Positions 27,266-35,811 of a stretch of DNA of 43,032 nucleotides are shown here, piece by piece. Each line of letters starts with the position of its first letter. Position 1 is the first letter of the stretch. A program made the position numbers and the translations under genes. Source of the stretch: a candidate division WOR-3 bacterium (GTDB lineage Bacteria > Hydrothermota > Tepidihabitantia > SM23-42 > JAOAFX01); contig JBDRWA010000002.1 in NCBI GenBank assembly GCA_039802145.1, positions 1-43,032 of the forward strand, written 5' to 3'. Under the pieces are notes generated by a model. It was not told the DNA's origin. It was given only the letters and a program-made list of their open reading frames with translations, and ran no database searches.

Positions 27266-27477
27266 TCAGCCCCCTTATATCCTTTTTCAACCGCCTTGGC
27301 ATAGCCTACCACTATTCTACCTAACCTTCTATAACCAGCCTTTAAATACCATTTTCTCATCCAAACAGAAAAAACCTTCTTAACCTCATCAGGCATAAGA
27401 TCAAATTCCTCTTTTGCCTTTTGCGCTGCTTCATCCATTCCAGCGAAGAGTGCTTCGTTAGTTTTTTCTTCCTTCAT
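27262..27477 (-). CDS. Hypothetical small protein (71 aa, acidic N-terminus, basic/aromatic C-terminus)
   Basis: A strong AAGGAGG 5 nt upstream of the ATG and its own promoter. No motif recognised. Confidence 0.55.
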   Translation of the reverse strand: MKEEKTNEALFAGMDEAAQKAKEEFDLMPDEVKKVFSVWMRKWYLKAGYRRLGRIVVGYAKAVEKGYKGAE

Positions 27478-27501
27478 TATGCCTCCTTATGTAATATAAA
27501 T

Positions 27502-27529
27502 ATTCTATATATTAATAAAGCGTTGTCAA
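27502..27529 (-). promoter_or_regulatory. Sigma70-type promoter TTGACA-16-TAGAAT with a 24-nt SD-containing leader
   Basis: On the minus strand, TTGACA is the complement of 27524-27529 and TAGAAT the complement of 27502-27507. Confidence 0.6.
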
Positions 27530-27558
27530 GTATTGACCACAAAAATTAAATTAAACTC

Positions 27559-27586
27559 TTGACTTAAGAAGATTTATATATAAAAT
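27559..27586 (+). promoter_or_regulatory. Sigma70-type promoter TTGACT-16-TAAAAT, 8 nt before the asd ATG
   Basis: TTGACT at 27559-27564 and TAAAAT at 27581-27586, with no SD. Confidence 0.5.
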
Positions 27587-27594
27587 AAAATGTT

Positions 27595-28587
27595 ATGAAA
27601 AATATTTTAATTCTCGGTGCGACTGGCCTTGTCGGCCAGGAAGTCTTAAAGATTTTAGAACAGAGGAACTTTCCTGTAAAGGAACTGTTTTTATTTGCAT
27701 CTGAAAGAAGTGAAGGCACAACCATTTTATTTAAAGATAAAGAATACGAAATTTTTTCGGAATATGATGAGTTTATCGGAAAAACAGATATTGTCTTTGG
27801 CTGTCTTGACGAACCCCTTTCAAAAGAAATTGTGCCCAGATTTTGTGAAAAAAGCGTCGTCATTGACAATTCTCCTGCGTTCCGCATGGACCCTGATGTA
27901 CCGCTTATTATTCCTGAGATAAATCCACATAAGATAAAAGAACACAGAGGCATTATTGCTAATCCCAATTGTTCAACAATTCAAATGCTTGTTCCGCTAT
28001 ATCCATTACATAAAAAGGCAAGAATAAAACGTATTTTTGTTGCCACCTACCAATCCGTTTCCGGATATGGCAGGGCAGCGGTGGAAGAATTAAAATTAGA
28101 ACTTGAATATATCGCAGTAAACCAGGCAGTGCAAAAATTCGAGAATAGTGTATTCCCCCATCAAATTGGAGCAAATATCATACCACAGATCGGTAGATTC
28201 AATGAATATGGTTATACAAGTGAAGAGATGAAAATGGTTAATGAGACAAGAAAAATATTTGATGACCCCTCAATCCTTGTTAGCCCAACCTGTGTCAGAA
28301 TTCCAGTTTTTTATGGACATAGCGAGGCAGTAAGCGTAGAATTTGAAAATCCGCTCTCGGTTGAAGAAGCAAAAGATATTTTAAAAAATGCACCTGGTGT
28401 TATATTATGTGCAAACGATCAGGAATACCCAATGCCTTTTAAAGTTGCTGGAAAGGATGAAGTCTTTGTTGGCCGTATTCGTAAAGATTTTGCATTTGAA
28501 AATGGACTTACATTATGGATTGTTGCTGATAATATAAGAAAAGGTGCAGCACTCAACGCAGTTCAAATTGCAGAATTATTATTGTGA
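27595..28587 (+). CDS. asd: Aspartate-semialdehyde dehydrogenase
   Basis: NAD(P)-binding ILGATGLVGQE, the active-site IANPNCSTIQM, and ATYQSVSG. Confidence 0.93.
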   Translation: MKNILILGATGLVGQEVLKILEQRNFPVKELFLFASERSEGTTILFKDKEYEIFSEYDEFIGKTDIVFGCLDEPLSKEIVPRFCEKSVVIDNSPAFRMDPDVPLIIPEINPHKIKEHRGIIANPNCSTIQMLVPLYPLHKKARIKRIFVATYQSVSGYGRAAVEELKLELEYIAVNQAVQKFENSVFPHQIGANIIPQIGRFNEYGYTSEEMKMVNETRKIFDDPSILVSPTCVRIPVFYGHSEAVSVEFENPLSVEEAKDILKNAPGVILCANDQEYPMPFKVAGKDEVFVGRIRKDFAFENGLTLWIVADNIRKGAALNAVQIAELLL

Positions 28588-28596
28588 GGTAATATA

Positions 28597-29427
28597 ATGT
28601 GGTTTAAAAAGAAAATTCAAGCAAAGCCCGAAGAGAAATTAGATTTACCCGAGGGACTCTGGGTAAAGTGTGAAAATTGTAGCGAAATTCTCTACCGCAG
28701 TGTCCTTGAAAAGAATATCTGGATATGCCCAAAGTGCAATTTCCATTTTCGTATAAGTTCGCGGGATTACATAGCTTTACTCCTTGATGATGGAATTCTT
28801 GAAGAGTTAGACCCAGATATAGAGCCGCTTGATCCTCTTGATTTCCCAGATTACAAGAAAAAGCTAAAATCTGCTCAACAGAATACGAACCTCAAAGAAG
28901 GTTTGATATACGGAAATGCAAAGTTGGGTGGGATATCGGTTGTGTTTGCTTCAATGGACTTTTCCTTTATGGGTGGTAGTATGGGATCTGTGGTTGGAGA
29001 AAAGGTGGCAAGGGCAATAAGGCTTGCGCGTAAGGATAAAAAACCGTTGATTATTGTTTCAACTTCTGGAGGCGCAAGGATGCAGGAAGGTATATACTCT
29101 TTAATGCAATTATCTAAAACTTCTGCTGAACTCGCACTTCTTGCAGAAGAGAGAATTCCCTATATCTCAATCCTAACACATCCCACAATGGCAGGGGTTA
29201 TGGCATCTTATGCGTCCCTCGGCGACATAATAATTGCCGAACCTGGTGCACTAATAGGATTCACGGGTCCCCGGGTTATTGAACAAACGATTGGTGAAAA
29301 ACTGCCCCCTGGATTCCAGCGTTCTGAATTTATGCTGGAACACGGAATGATTGACCTTCTTGTATCCAGAACTGATTTACGCAATACCTTGATAAAATTA
29401 TTGAAGATTATTTGTAAGGCTCAGTAG
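28597..29427 (+). CDS. accD: Acetyl-CoA carboxylase carboxyltransferase beta subunit
   Basis: An N-terminal zinc ribbon (CENC...CPKC), then FSFMGGSMGSVVGEK and STSGGARMQEG. Confidence 0.92.
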   Translation: MWFKKKIQAKPEEKLDLPEGLWVKCENCSEILYRSVLEKNIWICPKCNFHFRISSRDYIALLLDDGILEELDPDIEPLDPLDFPDYKKKLKSAQQNTNLKEGLIYGNAKLGGISVVFASMDFSFMGGSMGSVVGEKVARAIRLARKDKKPLIIVSTSGGARMQEGIYSLMQLSKTSAELALLAEERIPYISILTHPTMAGVMASYASLGDIIIAEPGALIGFTGPRVIEQTIGEKLPPGFQRSEFMLEHGMIDLLVSRTDLRNTLIKLLKIICKAQ

Positions 29428-29462
29428 CAAAAATTTGAATTTGCAAGTTGTTTTCTCCCAAA

Positions 29463-30533
29463 ATGGCTGAATTGAGATTGGAAAATGTATCTAAGATTTA
29501 TGAAAAGAATATAATCGCTGTCAAGGATATAAATTTTAAAGTAAATGACAGGGAATTTGTTGTCTTATTGGGACCTTCAGGTTGCGGCAAGACAACCATT
29601 TTGAGATTGATTGCAGGATTAGAAGAGGTATCAGAGGGTAAGATATTTATTGACGATATCTGTGTAAACAATATTAGCCCGGATAAAAGAGATATTGCTA
29701 TGGTATTTCAAAATTATGCGCTCTATCCACATATGACAGTCTATGAAAATATGGCATTCGGTTTACGCGTAAGGAAGATTCCAAAATTTGAGATTGAGCA
29801 AAGGGTTTTAAAGGCTGCAGAGATTCTTGGATTAAAAGAATTTCTAAATAGAAAACCTAGGCAATTATCGGGCGGTCAGCGCCAGCGTGTGGCACTTGGA
29901 AGAGCAATTGTCAGAAATCCAAAATTGTTCCTTTTTGACGAACCCCTTTCTAATCTTGATGCTAAATTGCGAGTCCAAATGCGTGGTGAATTATCACGGT
30001 TGCATAAAACTTTAAATGCAACGATTGTTTATGTCACACACGACCAGATTGAAGCAATGACCCTTGGTGAAAAAGTAATCGTTTTGAACAATGGAAGGAT
30101 TCAGCAAATAAGTGACCCGATAACCCTTTATAAAAAGCCTGCGAATAAATTTGTTGCGGGATTCATCGGCACTCCGCCAATGAATTTTATTAACGGTAGG
30201 ATTAAAAAAGAATTAAATGAAATAAAATTCATTAGTTCCGATATTACAATCAAACTAAATTCTGAATTTAAAAAATTTGTAGACCGCGATGTAATAATTG
30301 GAATAAGACCATGCGATTTTACTGACACGTCAGGAATTGAATTCAAAATCAGAGTTGAAATCATTGAGCCAATAGGAGAGGAGATATATATTTATGGAAA
30401 AATGAATAACACTGCTATCCGTGCCAAGATACCTGAAACATATAAACCACAAATTGACGAAGCACTAACCCTGATGGTTCCTTTAGAGAAAATATACTTA
30501 TTTGATGCGAGGACTGAAAATGCGCTCAGATGA
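29463..30533 (+). CDS. Sugar-type ABC transporter ATP-binding protein (MalK/UgpC/MsmX-like) with no adjacent permease
   Basis: Walker A GPSGCGKTT, signature LSGGQRQRV, Walker B LFLFDEPLS, and a C-terminal regulatory (TOBE-like) domain. Confidence 0.9.
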   Translation: MAELRLENVSKIYEKNIIAVKDINFKVNDREFVVLLGPSGCGKTTILRLIAGLEEVSEGKIFIDDICVNNISPDKRDIAMVFQNYALYPHMTVYENMAFGLRVRKIPKFEIEQRVLKAAEILGLKEFLNRKPRQLSGGQRQRVALGRAIVRNPKLFLFDEPLSNLDAKLRVQMRGELSRLHKTLNATIVYVTHDQIEAMTLGEKVIVLNNGRIQQISDPITLYKKPANKFVAGFIGTPPMNFINGRIKKELNEIKFISSDITIKLNSEFKKFVDRDVIIGIRPCDFTDTSGIEFKIRVEIIEPIGEEIYIYGKMNNTAIRAKIPETYKPQIDEALTLMVPLEKIYLFDARTENALR

Positions 30534-32607
30534 GAAGAAAAAAACCCACCGTCTGCGCTGGACAATGATTATTATTTTCTCTATAATTGCTGGTTTTTCA
30601 CTTGGAGTCTACATACAGATTATCCGTGACCTTCCACCTGCCGAAGCGATATCTTTTTATGCACCACCGGTCTCAACAAAAGTTTATGATGACCAGGACA
30701 GTCTGCTTACTGAATTCTTTATTGAAAGAAGGGAACTGGCAAACCTGAGTGATGTGCCGGATTACCTTAAAAAAGGTTTTATCTGCATTGAAGACAAGAC
30801 GTTCTACAAACACTGGGGGGTTGATGTCAAAGCAATATTCCGTGCGGTTATCCAGAATATACTCCACCTCCGTGCTGCCCAGGGATTTAGCACAATAACA
30901 ATGCAACTTGCGAGGAATATGTTTTTAACCCAAGAAAAAACAATTCTTAGAAAATTAAAAGAGATTACATTGGCACTCAGGATTGAAAGAGTATATACAA
31001 AAGATGAAATCCTTGAACGATATTTGAATCAGGTAAATTTTGGTCAGGGTAGATATGGTGTGGCAACTGCCGCGCGTTATTATTTTAATAAAAATATCTC
31101 AGATTTGACTTTGAGTGAGTCTGCCCTGCTCGTCGCCCTCCCTAAATCACCAGAATACTTATCTCCCTATCGCTATCCAGAGAGGGCAAAGGCAAGAAGA
31201 AACCTTGTGTTAAAGCAAATGTTAAATGATCACATTATAACTGAAGAAGAATATAACAGGGCAGTAAATGAACCATTAAATGTCGTGGAACGTAAAAAAG
31301 GACATTCAATTGGTGAATATTTCATTGAAGAACTGAGAAGATATCTTGAATTAAAATATGGCGCGGAATTTCTTTATCGGAGCGGCGCAAGTATCTATAC
31401 TACAATCAACAGAAATATCCAGAAGGTTGCTGAAGAAGTGATGGAGAAACATTTAAAGACGATTGAAAAAGATTATAAATTTAAAATAACAAAGGCTAAG
31501 GTTGACTCAATGGGGAGCTCTGACACATTAAATAACACACCTTATCTCCAAGGTGCTTTGATAATCGCTGACCACAAAAAAGGCGAAATCAAAGCAATGA
31601 TCGGCGGCAGAGATTTTAGTCAGAGCAAATTTAATCGGGCAACACAGGCAAAACGCCAGACTGGTAGTTCATTCAAGGTTTTTGTTTTCCTTGCTGCGCT
31701 GGACAATGGTTTTACCCCCGCGGATCAAGTACTTGATTTACCCATTATCCTTGAAGTTGCAGGGCCTGATAGTATTTATCGTCCCGCAAATTATGACCAC
31801 AAATTTTTGGGTCCAATAACAATGCGCAAAGCTCTTGCCCTATCCAGAAACCTTGTGGCTGTGAGATTGATACGGATCGTTGGACCTGACCTCGTTGTAA
31901 AATATGCCTATGATTTAGGGATAAAATCAAAACTTTTACCAATTGTATCGCTTGCTCTCGGTTCCTGTGAAGTAAGCCTTGCTGAACTAACACAGGCATT
32001 CAGTACCCTCGCCAATCTCGGTGAAGAAAAATCTTTAATAATGATAAGAAGGATTGTTGACAGAGATGGTACTATAATTGAGTTGAATAAACCAATAACC
32101 CAAAAAAAATTACCCGAACAAACATGCTATCTTATGGTTAATTTGATGCGTTCTGTTGTAGATGGTGGAACAGGATATGAAATAAGAAAATACTATAAAG
32201 GGCCTGCTGCTGGAAAAACAGGCACTACCGATAATTACTCAGATGCCTGGTTTATTGGTTTTACACCCCATTACACCGCAGGAGTCTGGGTCGGCTTTGA
32301 TGATAATAGAACAATCTTCAGAGGTGCAACTGGCGGAGTAGTTTCAGCACCAATATGGGGCGAAATAATGTCAATAATTGATACTCTTATAACTGATGAT
32401 TTCCCCGTTCCTGAGGGTATTGTGTGGTGTAAAATATGTCCAAAATCCGGATTGCTCGCAAATGAGTACTGCCCCGCACCTCGTGAAGAGCCTTTTATTA
32501 AAGGTACAGAACCAAAAGAATCTTGTGATTTCCATACCCTTGAAACTAAATTACATGGGGAAGAAGAATTTGAAAAACTTGACCGCTCTGCCTTGCAGGG
32601 ATATTAA
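30520..32607 (+). CDS. Class A penicillin-binding protein (PBP1A-type glycosyltransferase/transpeptidase)
   Basis: GT51 motifs EDKTFYKHWGVD and RKLKEITLALRIE. Transpeptidase motifs GSSFKVF (SxxK), SRN and KTGTT. The N-terminal TM start was chosen after GAGGA. Confidence 0.92.
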   Translation: MRSDEKKKTHRLRWTMIIIFSIIAGFSLGVYIQIIRDLPPAEAISFYAPPVSTKVYDDQDSLLTEFFIERRELANLSDVPDYLKKGFICIEDKTFYKHWGVDVKAIFRAVIQNILHLRAAQGFSTITMQLARNMFLTQEKTILRKLKEITLALRIERVYTKDEILERYLNQVNFGQGRYGVATAARYYFNKNISDLTLSESALLVALPKSPEYLSPYRYPERAKARRNLVLKQMLNDHIITEEEYNRAVNEPLNVVERKKGHSIGEYFIEELRRYLELKYGAEFLYRSGASIYTTINRNIQKVAEEVMEKHLKTIEKDYKFKITKAKVDSMGSSDTLNNTPYLQGALIIADHKKGEIKAMIGGRDFSQSKFNRATQAKRQTGSSFKVFVFLAALDNGFTPADQVLDLPIILEVAGPDSIYRPANYDHKFLGPITMRKALALSRNLVAVRLIRIVGPDLVVKYAYDLGIKSKLLPIVSLALGSCEVSLAELTQAFSTLANLGEEKSLIMIRRIVDRDGTIIELNKPITQKKLPEQTCYLMVNLMRSVVDGGTGYEIRKYYKGPAAGKTGTTDNYSDAWFIGFTPHYTAGVWVGFDDNRTIFRGATGGVVSAPIWGEIMSIIDTLITDDFPVPEGIVWCKICPKSGLLANEYCPAPREEPFIKGTEPKESCDFHTLETKLHGEEEFEKLDRSALQGY

Positions 32608-33335
32608 GAATTGTTTTCTTTTGAAATCTCCCGCACGATTGCAATCGGTGTTTGCTGACTTGATTGTCCTAAAGGATTGTCACGAAAAACTTTCTTACAA
32701 AAATCATCACTTATTTTAGGACTTGATTTACCAAGCACTGATACACCTAAATCATTAGCATCAATTATAACAAAATCGTATTTAAATCTTTCTTTTAACA
32801 GCCTTGCAACTTTATTTGGATTCTTCGGACCCAATTTTGCATACTCATTATAGGGAGGTAATGTATAATGACAGGGTCCATCAATTGCGGCAACTGATTT
32901 GCCAGCAACAACATAAAATAAACCTCTTATTCCCAGTGGTTTGGTAATTGCTGAAACAAATGCTGCCGAGAGAATTCGTAAAATCCCGGCCTCGCGTATT
33001 GCCAACTCCATTGTCCAGGGACTACCCAGACCAATACCATAAGGTGATTTATGAACAAACCTTACAAGAAACCCCGCAAGCCAGGAGGGTTTAATGTCTT
33101 TTATTGGGAATGCCCTACCCTGCGTGATTGCTACAATCCTTTCACTTAAAAATACCACATCACCTTCTTTTAAATGCGAAAAAACATATTGTTCAACAAT
33201 CTTAAAAATATCATCCTGAGCAGTTATAATATGAGTCCTTATTGGCAAGCGCGCATAATCTCCACCATCAACATCAATTACTAGTTTCTTACCCTCATTA
33301 GGTTGCCAGTTTTTAGTAAAATTTTCCTTACTCAT
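32604..33335 (-). CDS. CofE-like protein (F420-0:gamma-glutamyl ligase family fold), function uncertain
   Basis: GDVVFLSERIVAITQGRAF resembles the CofE-family core. The C-terminus has IIDANDLG and TPIAIVRE. The assignment is from memory. Confidence 0.45.
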   Translation of the reverse strand: MSKENFTKNWQPNEGKKLVIDVDGGDYARLPIRTHIITAQDDIFKIVEQYVFSHLKEGDVVFLSERIVAITQGRAFPIKDIKPSWLAGFLVRFVHKSPYGIGLGSPWTMELAIREAGILRILSAAFVSAITKPLGIRGLFYVVAGKSVAAIDGPCHYTLPPYNEYAKLGPKNPNKVARLLKERFKYDFVIIDANDLGVSVLGKSSPKISDDFCKKVFRDNPLGQSSQQTPIAIVREISKENNS

Positions 33336-33362
33336 ATTTATTCAGTTTACTCAAAGATATCT

Positions 33363-33384
33363 ATCCGATAATTCCCGGATTGAC
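33363..33384. promoter_or_regulatory. Operator-like site 1, ATCCGATAATTCCCGGATTGAC
   Basis: 19 of 22 positions are identical to site 2. It lies 4 nt after the ArsR-like stop and 27 nt before the CofE-like ATG. Confidence 0.55.
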
Positions 33385-33387
33385 AGA

Positions 33388-33684
33388 CTACCATTTTTTG
33401 AAACGCATCCTATCTGCATAACCCTCAAGAGTGACCAAAATCTTCTTTATAAGGCTGTCTTTCAAAAAATAGACCTTGTTTTTCTTGAACGTATCATAGC
33501 GGACCAAATCAACCTGCCGCAAATTGCGAAGTGTATCTGATATTGTTTTCCGCGACAACCCAATTTGATTTGCAAGTTCTGAAGGTTTCCTTTTACCTCG
33601 GCATAATATCTTTAATATTTGGTAAGCAGTAGGATTACCTAAGACCCGGCAGAACCTTGATGCTCGATAATGGGTTTCAGGCAT
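33388..33684 (-). CDS. ArsR/SmtB-family winged-helix transcriptional regulator
   Basis: FCRVLGNPTAYQILKIL...KPSELANQIGLSRKTISDTLRNLRQVDLV. Start set at ATG 33684, downstream of the promoter; the ORF-track TTG at 33705 overlaps the -10 box. Confidence 0.8.
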   Translation of the reverse strand: MPETHYRASRFCRVLGNPTAYQILKILCRGKRKPSELANQIGLSRKTISDTLRNLRQVDLVRYDTFKKNKVYFLKDSLIKKILVTLEGYADRMRFKKW

Positions 33685-33704
33685 TCGTCTTCTTATCACA
33701 ACCA

Positions 33705-33732
33705 ATTATACTGATTTTAATTTATCTGTCAA
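33705..33732 (-). promoter_or_regulatory. Sigma70-type promoter TTGACA-16-TATAAT for the ArsR-like gene
   Basis: On the minus strand, TTGACA is the complement of 33727-33732 and TATAAT the complement of 33705-33710. The -35 box overlaps the palindromic operator. Confidence 0.65.
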
Positions 33733-33753
33733 TCCGAGAATTATCGGATTGAC
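33728..33753. promoter_or_regulatory. Operator-like site 2: a perfect 10-bp inverted repeat, GTCAATCCGA-N6-TCGGATTGAC
   Basis: Read directly from the sequence. It overlaps the -35 of the ArsR-like promoter and lies in the divergent region toward the methyltransferase pseudogene. Confidence 0.65.
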
Positions 33754-33814
33754 GGATTAAAAATAGGAAAATAGTTGCTTGACGCTTTGCCATTTTTATA
33801 TTTTATCAATATAT

Positions 33815-34597
33815 ATGAGGAAAGATTCAAATAACTGGTGCGAGGATTTCTTCATAAAAAATAGTAATTACTAGCTTTACCTGATGGACCAAAATTGGCA
33901 ATATGCGAAAGCAGAGACGAAACAAATTCTCAAAATATTTAAGGAATTTGGAATTAAAAAAGGGAAGGTACTTGAACTTTGTTGTGGGAATGGCAGGATA
34001 TGTGTACACCTTGCTAAAAAAGGATTCAATGTGACGCGTATCGATTTTAGTCCAGATTATATTAAGGATGCCGACGCAAAAGCGAAGGAATACAAAGTTA
34101 AAGTTCATTATGTATGTGACGATATTCGTCGCCTGAATAAAATTATTGAAGAAAAGTTTGATATAATTTTGAGTATCTGGACATCAATTGGTTTTTATAC
34201 CAGAAAAGTAGATCAGAAAATCATTAAAATGGCAGCAAATTTACTGAAGAAAAACGGCCTTTTTCTAATTCTACGGATAATGTCTCAAGAATGAGTATTG
34301 AACCATTTTTGTCCTGCGATTTGGGAAGACGTAGGTAAATATATAATCTTACAAAAGCCTGAATATGACCACTTCCATTCAAAACTTAACGTTAATTGGA
34401 AATTTTATAGAAAAGAAAGTAAAAATTTAATATTTGAAATTGAATTACCACTCAAATTAAGGTTATACACACAGCATGAATTAACCGAAATGGCAGAAAA
34501 TGCAGGACGAAAATTTGTTAGGGCATATGATTCAATATCCACTTTTGAACCAACATATCCTGACATTAATATTAATATGGTCTTCAAAAATATCTAA
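33815..34597 (+). pseudogene. Class I SAM-dependent methyltransferase interrupted by two in-frame stops (TAG 33872-33874, TGA 34292-34294)
   Basis: A single reading frame from ATG 33815 to 34597. It includes the SAM motif VLELCCGNGRI and the post-I acidic residue in the second block. ORFs 33884-34294 and 34298-34597 are in the same frame, and the N-terminal W.EDFF......Y*LY motif is cut by the TAG. Confidence 0.65.
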
Positions 34598-34625
34598 CGA
34601 TGTTTTGATATAAATACTGTCAATA

Positions 34626-35708
34626 TCAGTATATCGTCTTTTTTGAGACTTTTCTAATCTCTTTTTCGCCAAGATTTTTATCTTCTAGGATCGTATAACG
34701 CTGGGGGCGAATTTTTTTCGCTTGTATAACAATTCGTATAAACTCATCTGGTTTAATTTTCAAATTGGAAATTTTTGAAGGGAATCTGATAATTTTGTAT
34801 AATCTTTTGACGGAGTCTAAATAAGGATTTTTCTGGAGTGACATGGTAAAGAGTGTCGCAATGCCGACCTGTTCCCCATGTAGAGCATCACGACCCGGAA
34901 ACAAATAGTCCATTGCGTGGCTTATTTTATGTTCACTGCCGCTTGCGGGTCTTGATGAACCAACAAGGCACATTGCCAGACCACTTTTAAGCAAACCGTC
35001 ACAGAGGCATTTGAGAAATTTCAGACTTTTTATATTATTTGTCTTTATCTTTAATAATTTCTTCGCTCCAATTTCGGCAAGTTTCAAAATTTCACTATTA
35101 ATTTTTTCTTTTTTTCTTTTATGCGCAAGTCGGCAATCAAATACCGATGAGAGATTGGATATCAAATCACCCACCCCAGCACGCAGATGTCTTATTGGTG
35201 CTTTCTTAATAATGTTATAATCAATGATGATACCGTAAGGTGGATTGGTCAGATGACTGACCGGGATACCATCTTTATTGGTTATGACTGAAACTGGTGA
35301 AGCGATGCCATCGTTAGATAGAATTGTTGGTATACTGATGAATTTTATTTTATTCACACCTGCAGAAATTTTTGCTACATCAAGAATCTTGCCACCGCCG
35401 AAACCGATAAGCAGGTCAAATTTTTGTTTTTTAAGAGTATTTTTAATTAATCTCACATTTTTTTCGTCGCTCTTCTCGACAAATTTTTTTATAACTGATA
35501 TATTCCTTTTCTTTAAGGAATCAATGACTTTCTTGCCTCCAATTTTAAATGTTTGTCTATCGCATAAGAAAAAAACTCTTTTGTAATGAATATTCTTTGT
35601 GTATAAAATCATATAAATATCATTTATGATGTTTTCTCCCTGAACAATGAATTTGGGCATTTTTACACATTCACGTCTGTCAACTACTAACCTAATTTTT
35701 TCAGCCAT
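34626..35708 (-). CDS. egsA: sn-Glycerol-1-phosphate dehydrogenase family protein (archaeal EgsA / Bacillus AraM type)
   Basis: Motifs GFGGGKILDVAK, SIPTILSNDGIASPVSVI, GVGDLISN and SRPASGSEHKISHAMD...LHGEQVG match the G1PDH signature regions as I remember them. Confidence 0.75.
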   Translation of the reverse strand: MAEKIRLVVDRRECVKMPKFIVQGENIINDIYMILYTKNIHYKRVFFLCDRQTFKIGGKKVIDSLKKRNISVIKKFVEKSDEKNVRLIKNTLKKQKFDLLIGFGGGKILDVAKISAGVNKIKFISIPTILSNDGIASPVSVITNKDGIPVSHLTNPPYGIIIDYNIIKKAPIRHLRAGVGDLISNLSSVFDCRLAHKRKKEKINSEILKLAEIGAKKLLKIKTNNIKSLKFLKCLCDGLLKSGLAMCLVGSSRPASGSEHKISHAMDYLFPGRDALHGEQVGIATLFTMSLQKNPYLDSVKRLYKIIRFPSKISNLKIKPDEFIRIVIQAKKIRPQRYTILEDKNLGEKEIRKVSKKTIY

Positions 35709-35715
35709 TTAATTA

Positions 35716-35743
35716 AGAATACCGATATTTTGACTCAAGTCAA
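35716..35743 (-). promoter_or_regulatory. Sigma70-type promoter TTGACT-16-TATTCT, 7 nt before ATG 35708
   Basis: On the minus strand, TTGACT is the complement of 35738-35743 and TATTCT the complement of 35716-35721. Confidence 0.5.
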
Positions 35744-35768
35744 TATGATTAAATAAAAAGAACAAAAC

Positions 35769-35796
35769 TTGACTTTTCATAATATTTAGTTATAAT
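35769..35796 (+). promoter_or_regulatory. Sigma70-type promoter TTGACT-16-TATAAT for the TonB-dependent receptor gene (and possibly the next three genes)
   Basis: TTGACT at 35769-35774 and TATAAT at 35791-35796, with a 15-nt leader containing AAGGA. Confidence 0.65.
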
Positions 35797-35811
35797 AATC
35801 AGTAAGGATAG

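Noticed and set aside
29463-30533. Orphan sugar-ABC ATPase between accD and the PBP gene as part of a novel transporter
   Set aside because: Stand-alone MsmX/MalK-like ATPases that serve several permeases encoded elsewhere are well known. Nothing in the sequence suggests more than that.
34292-34294. In-frame TGA in the methyltransferase as selenocysteine or a recoded sense codon
   Set aside because: TGA ends several neighbouring genes (purB fragment, the Spt-like gene, polA). The second interruption is a different codon (TAG, which also ends thiC). I see no convincing hairpin within about 10-40 nt downstream that could act as a bacterial SECIS, so a pseudogene is the simpler reading.
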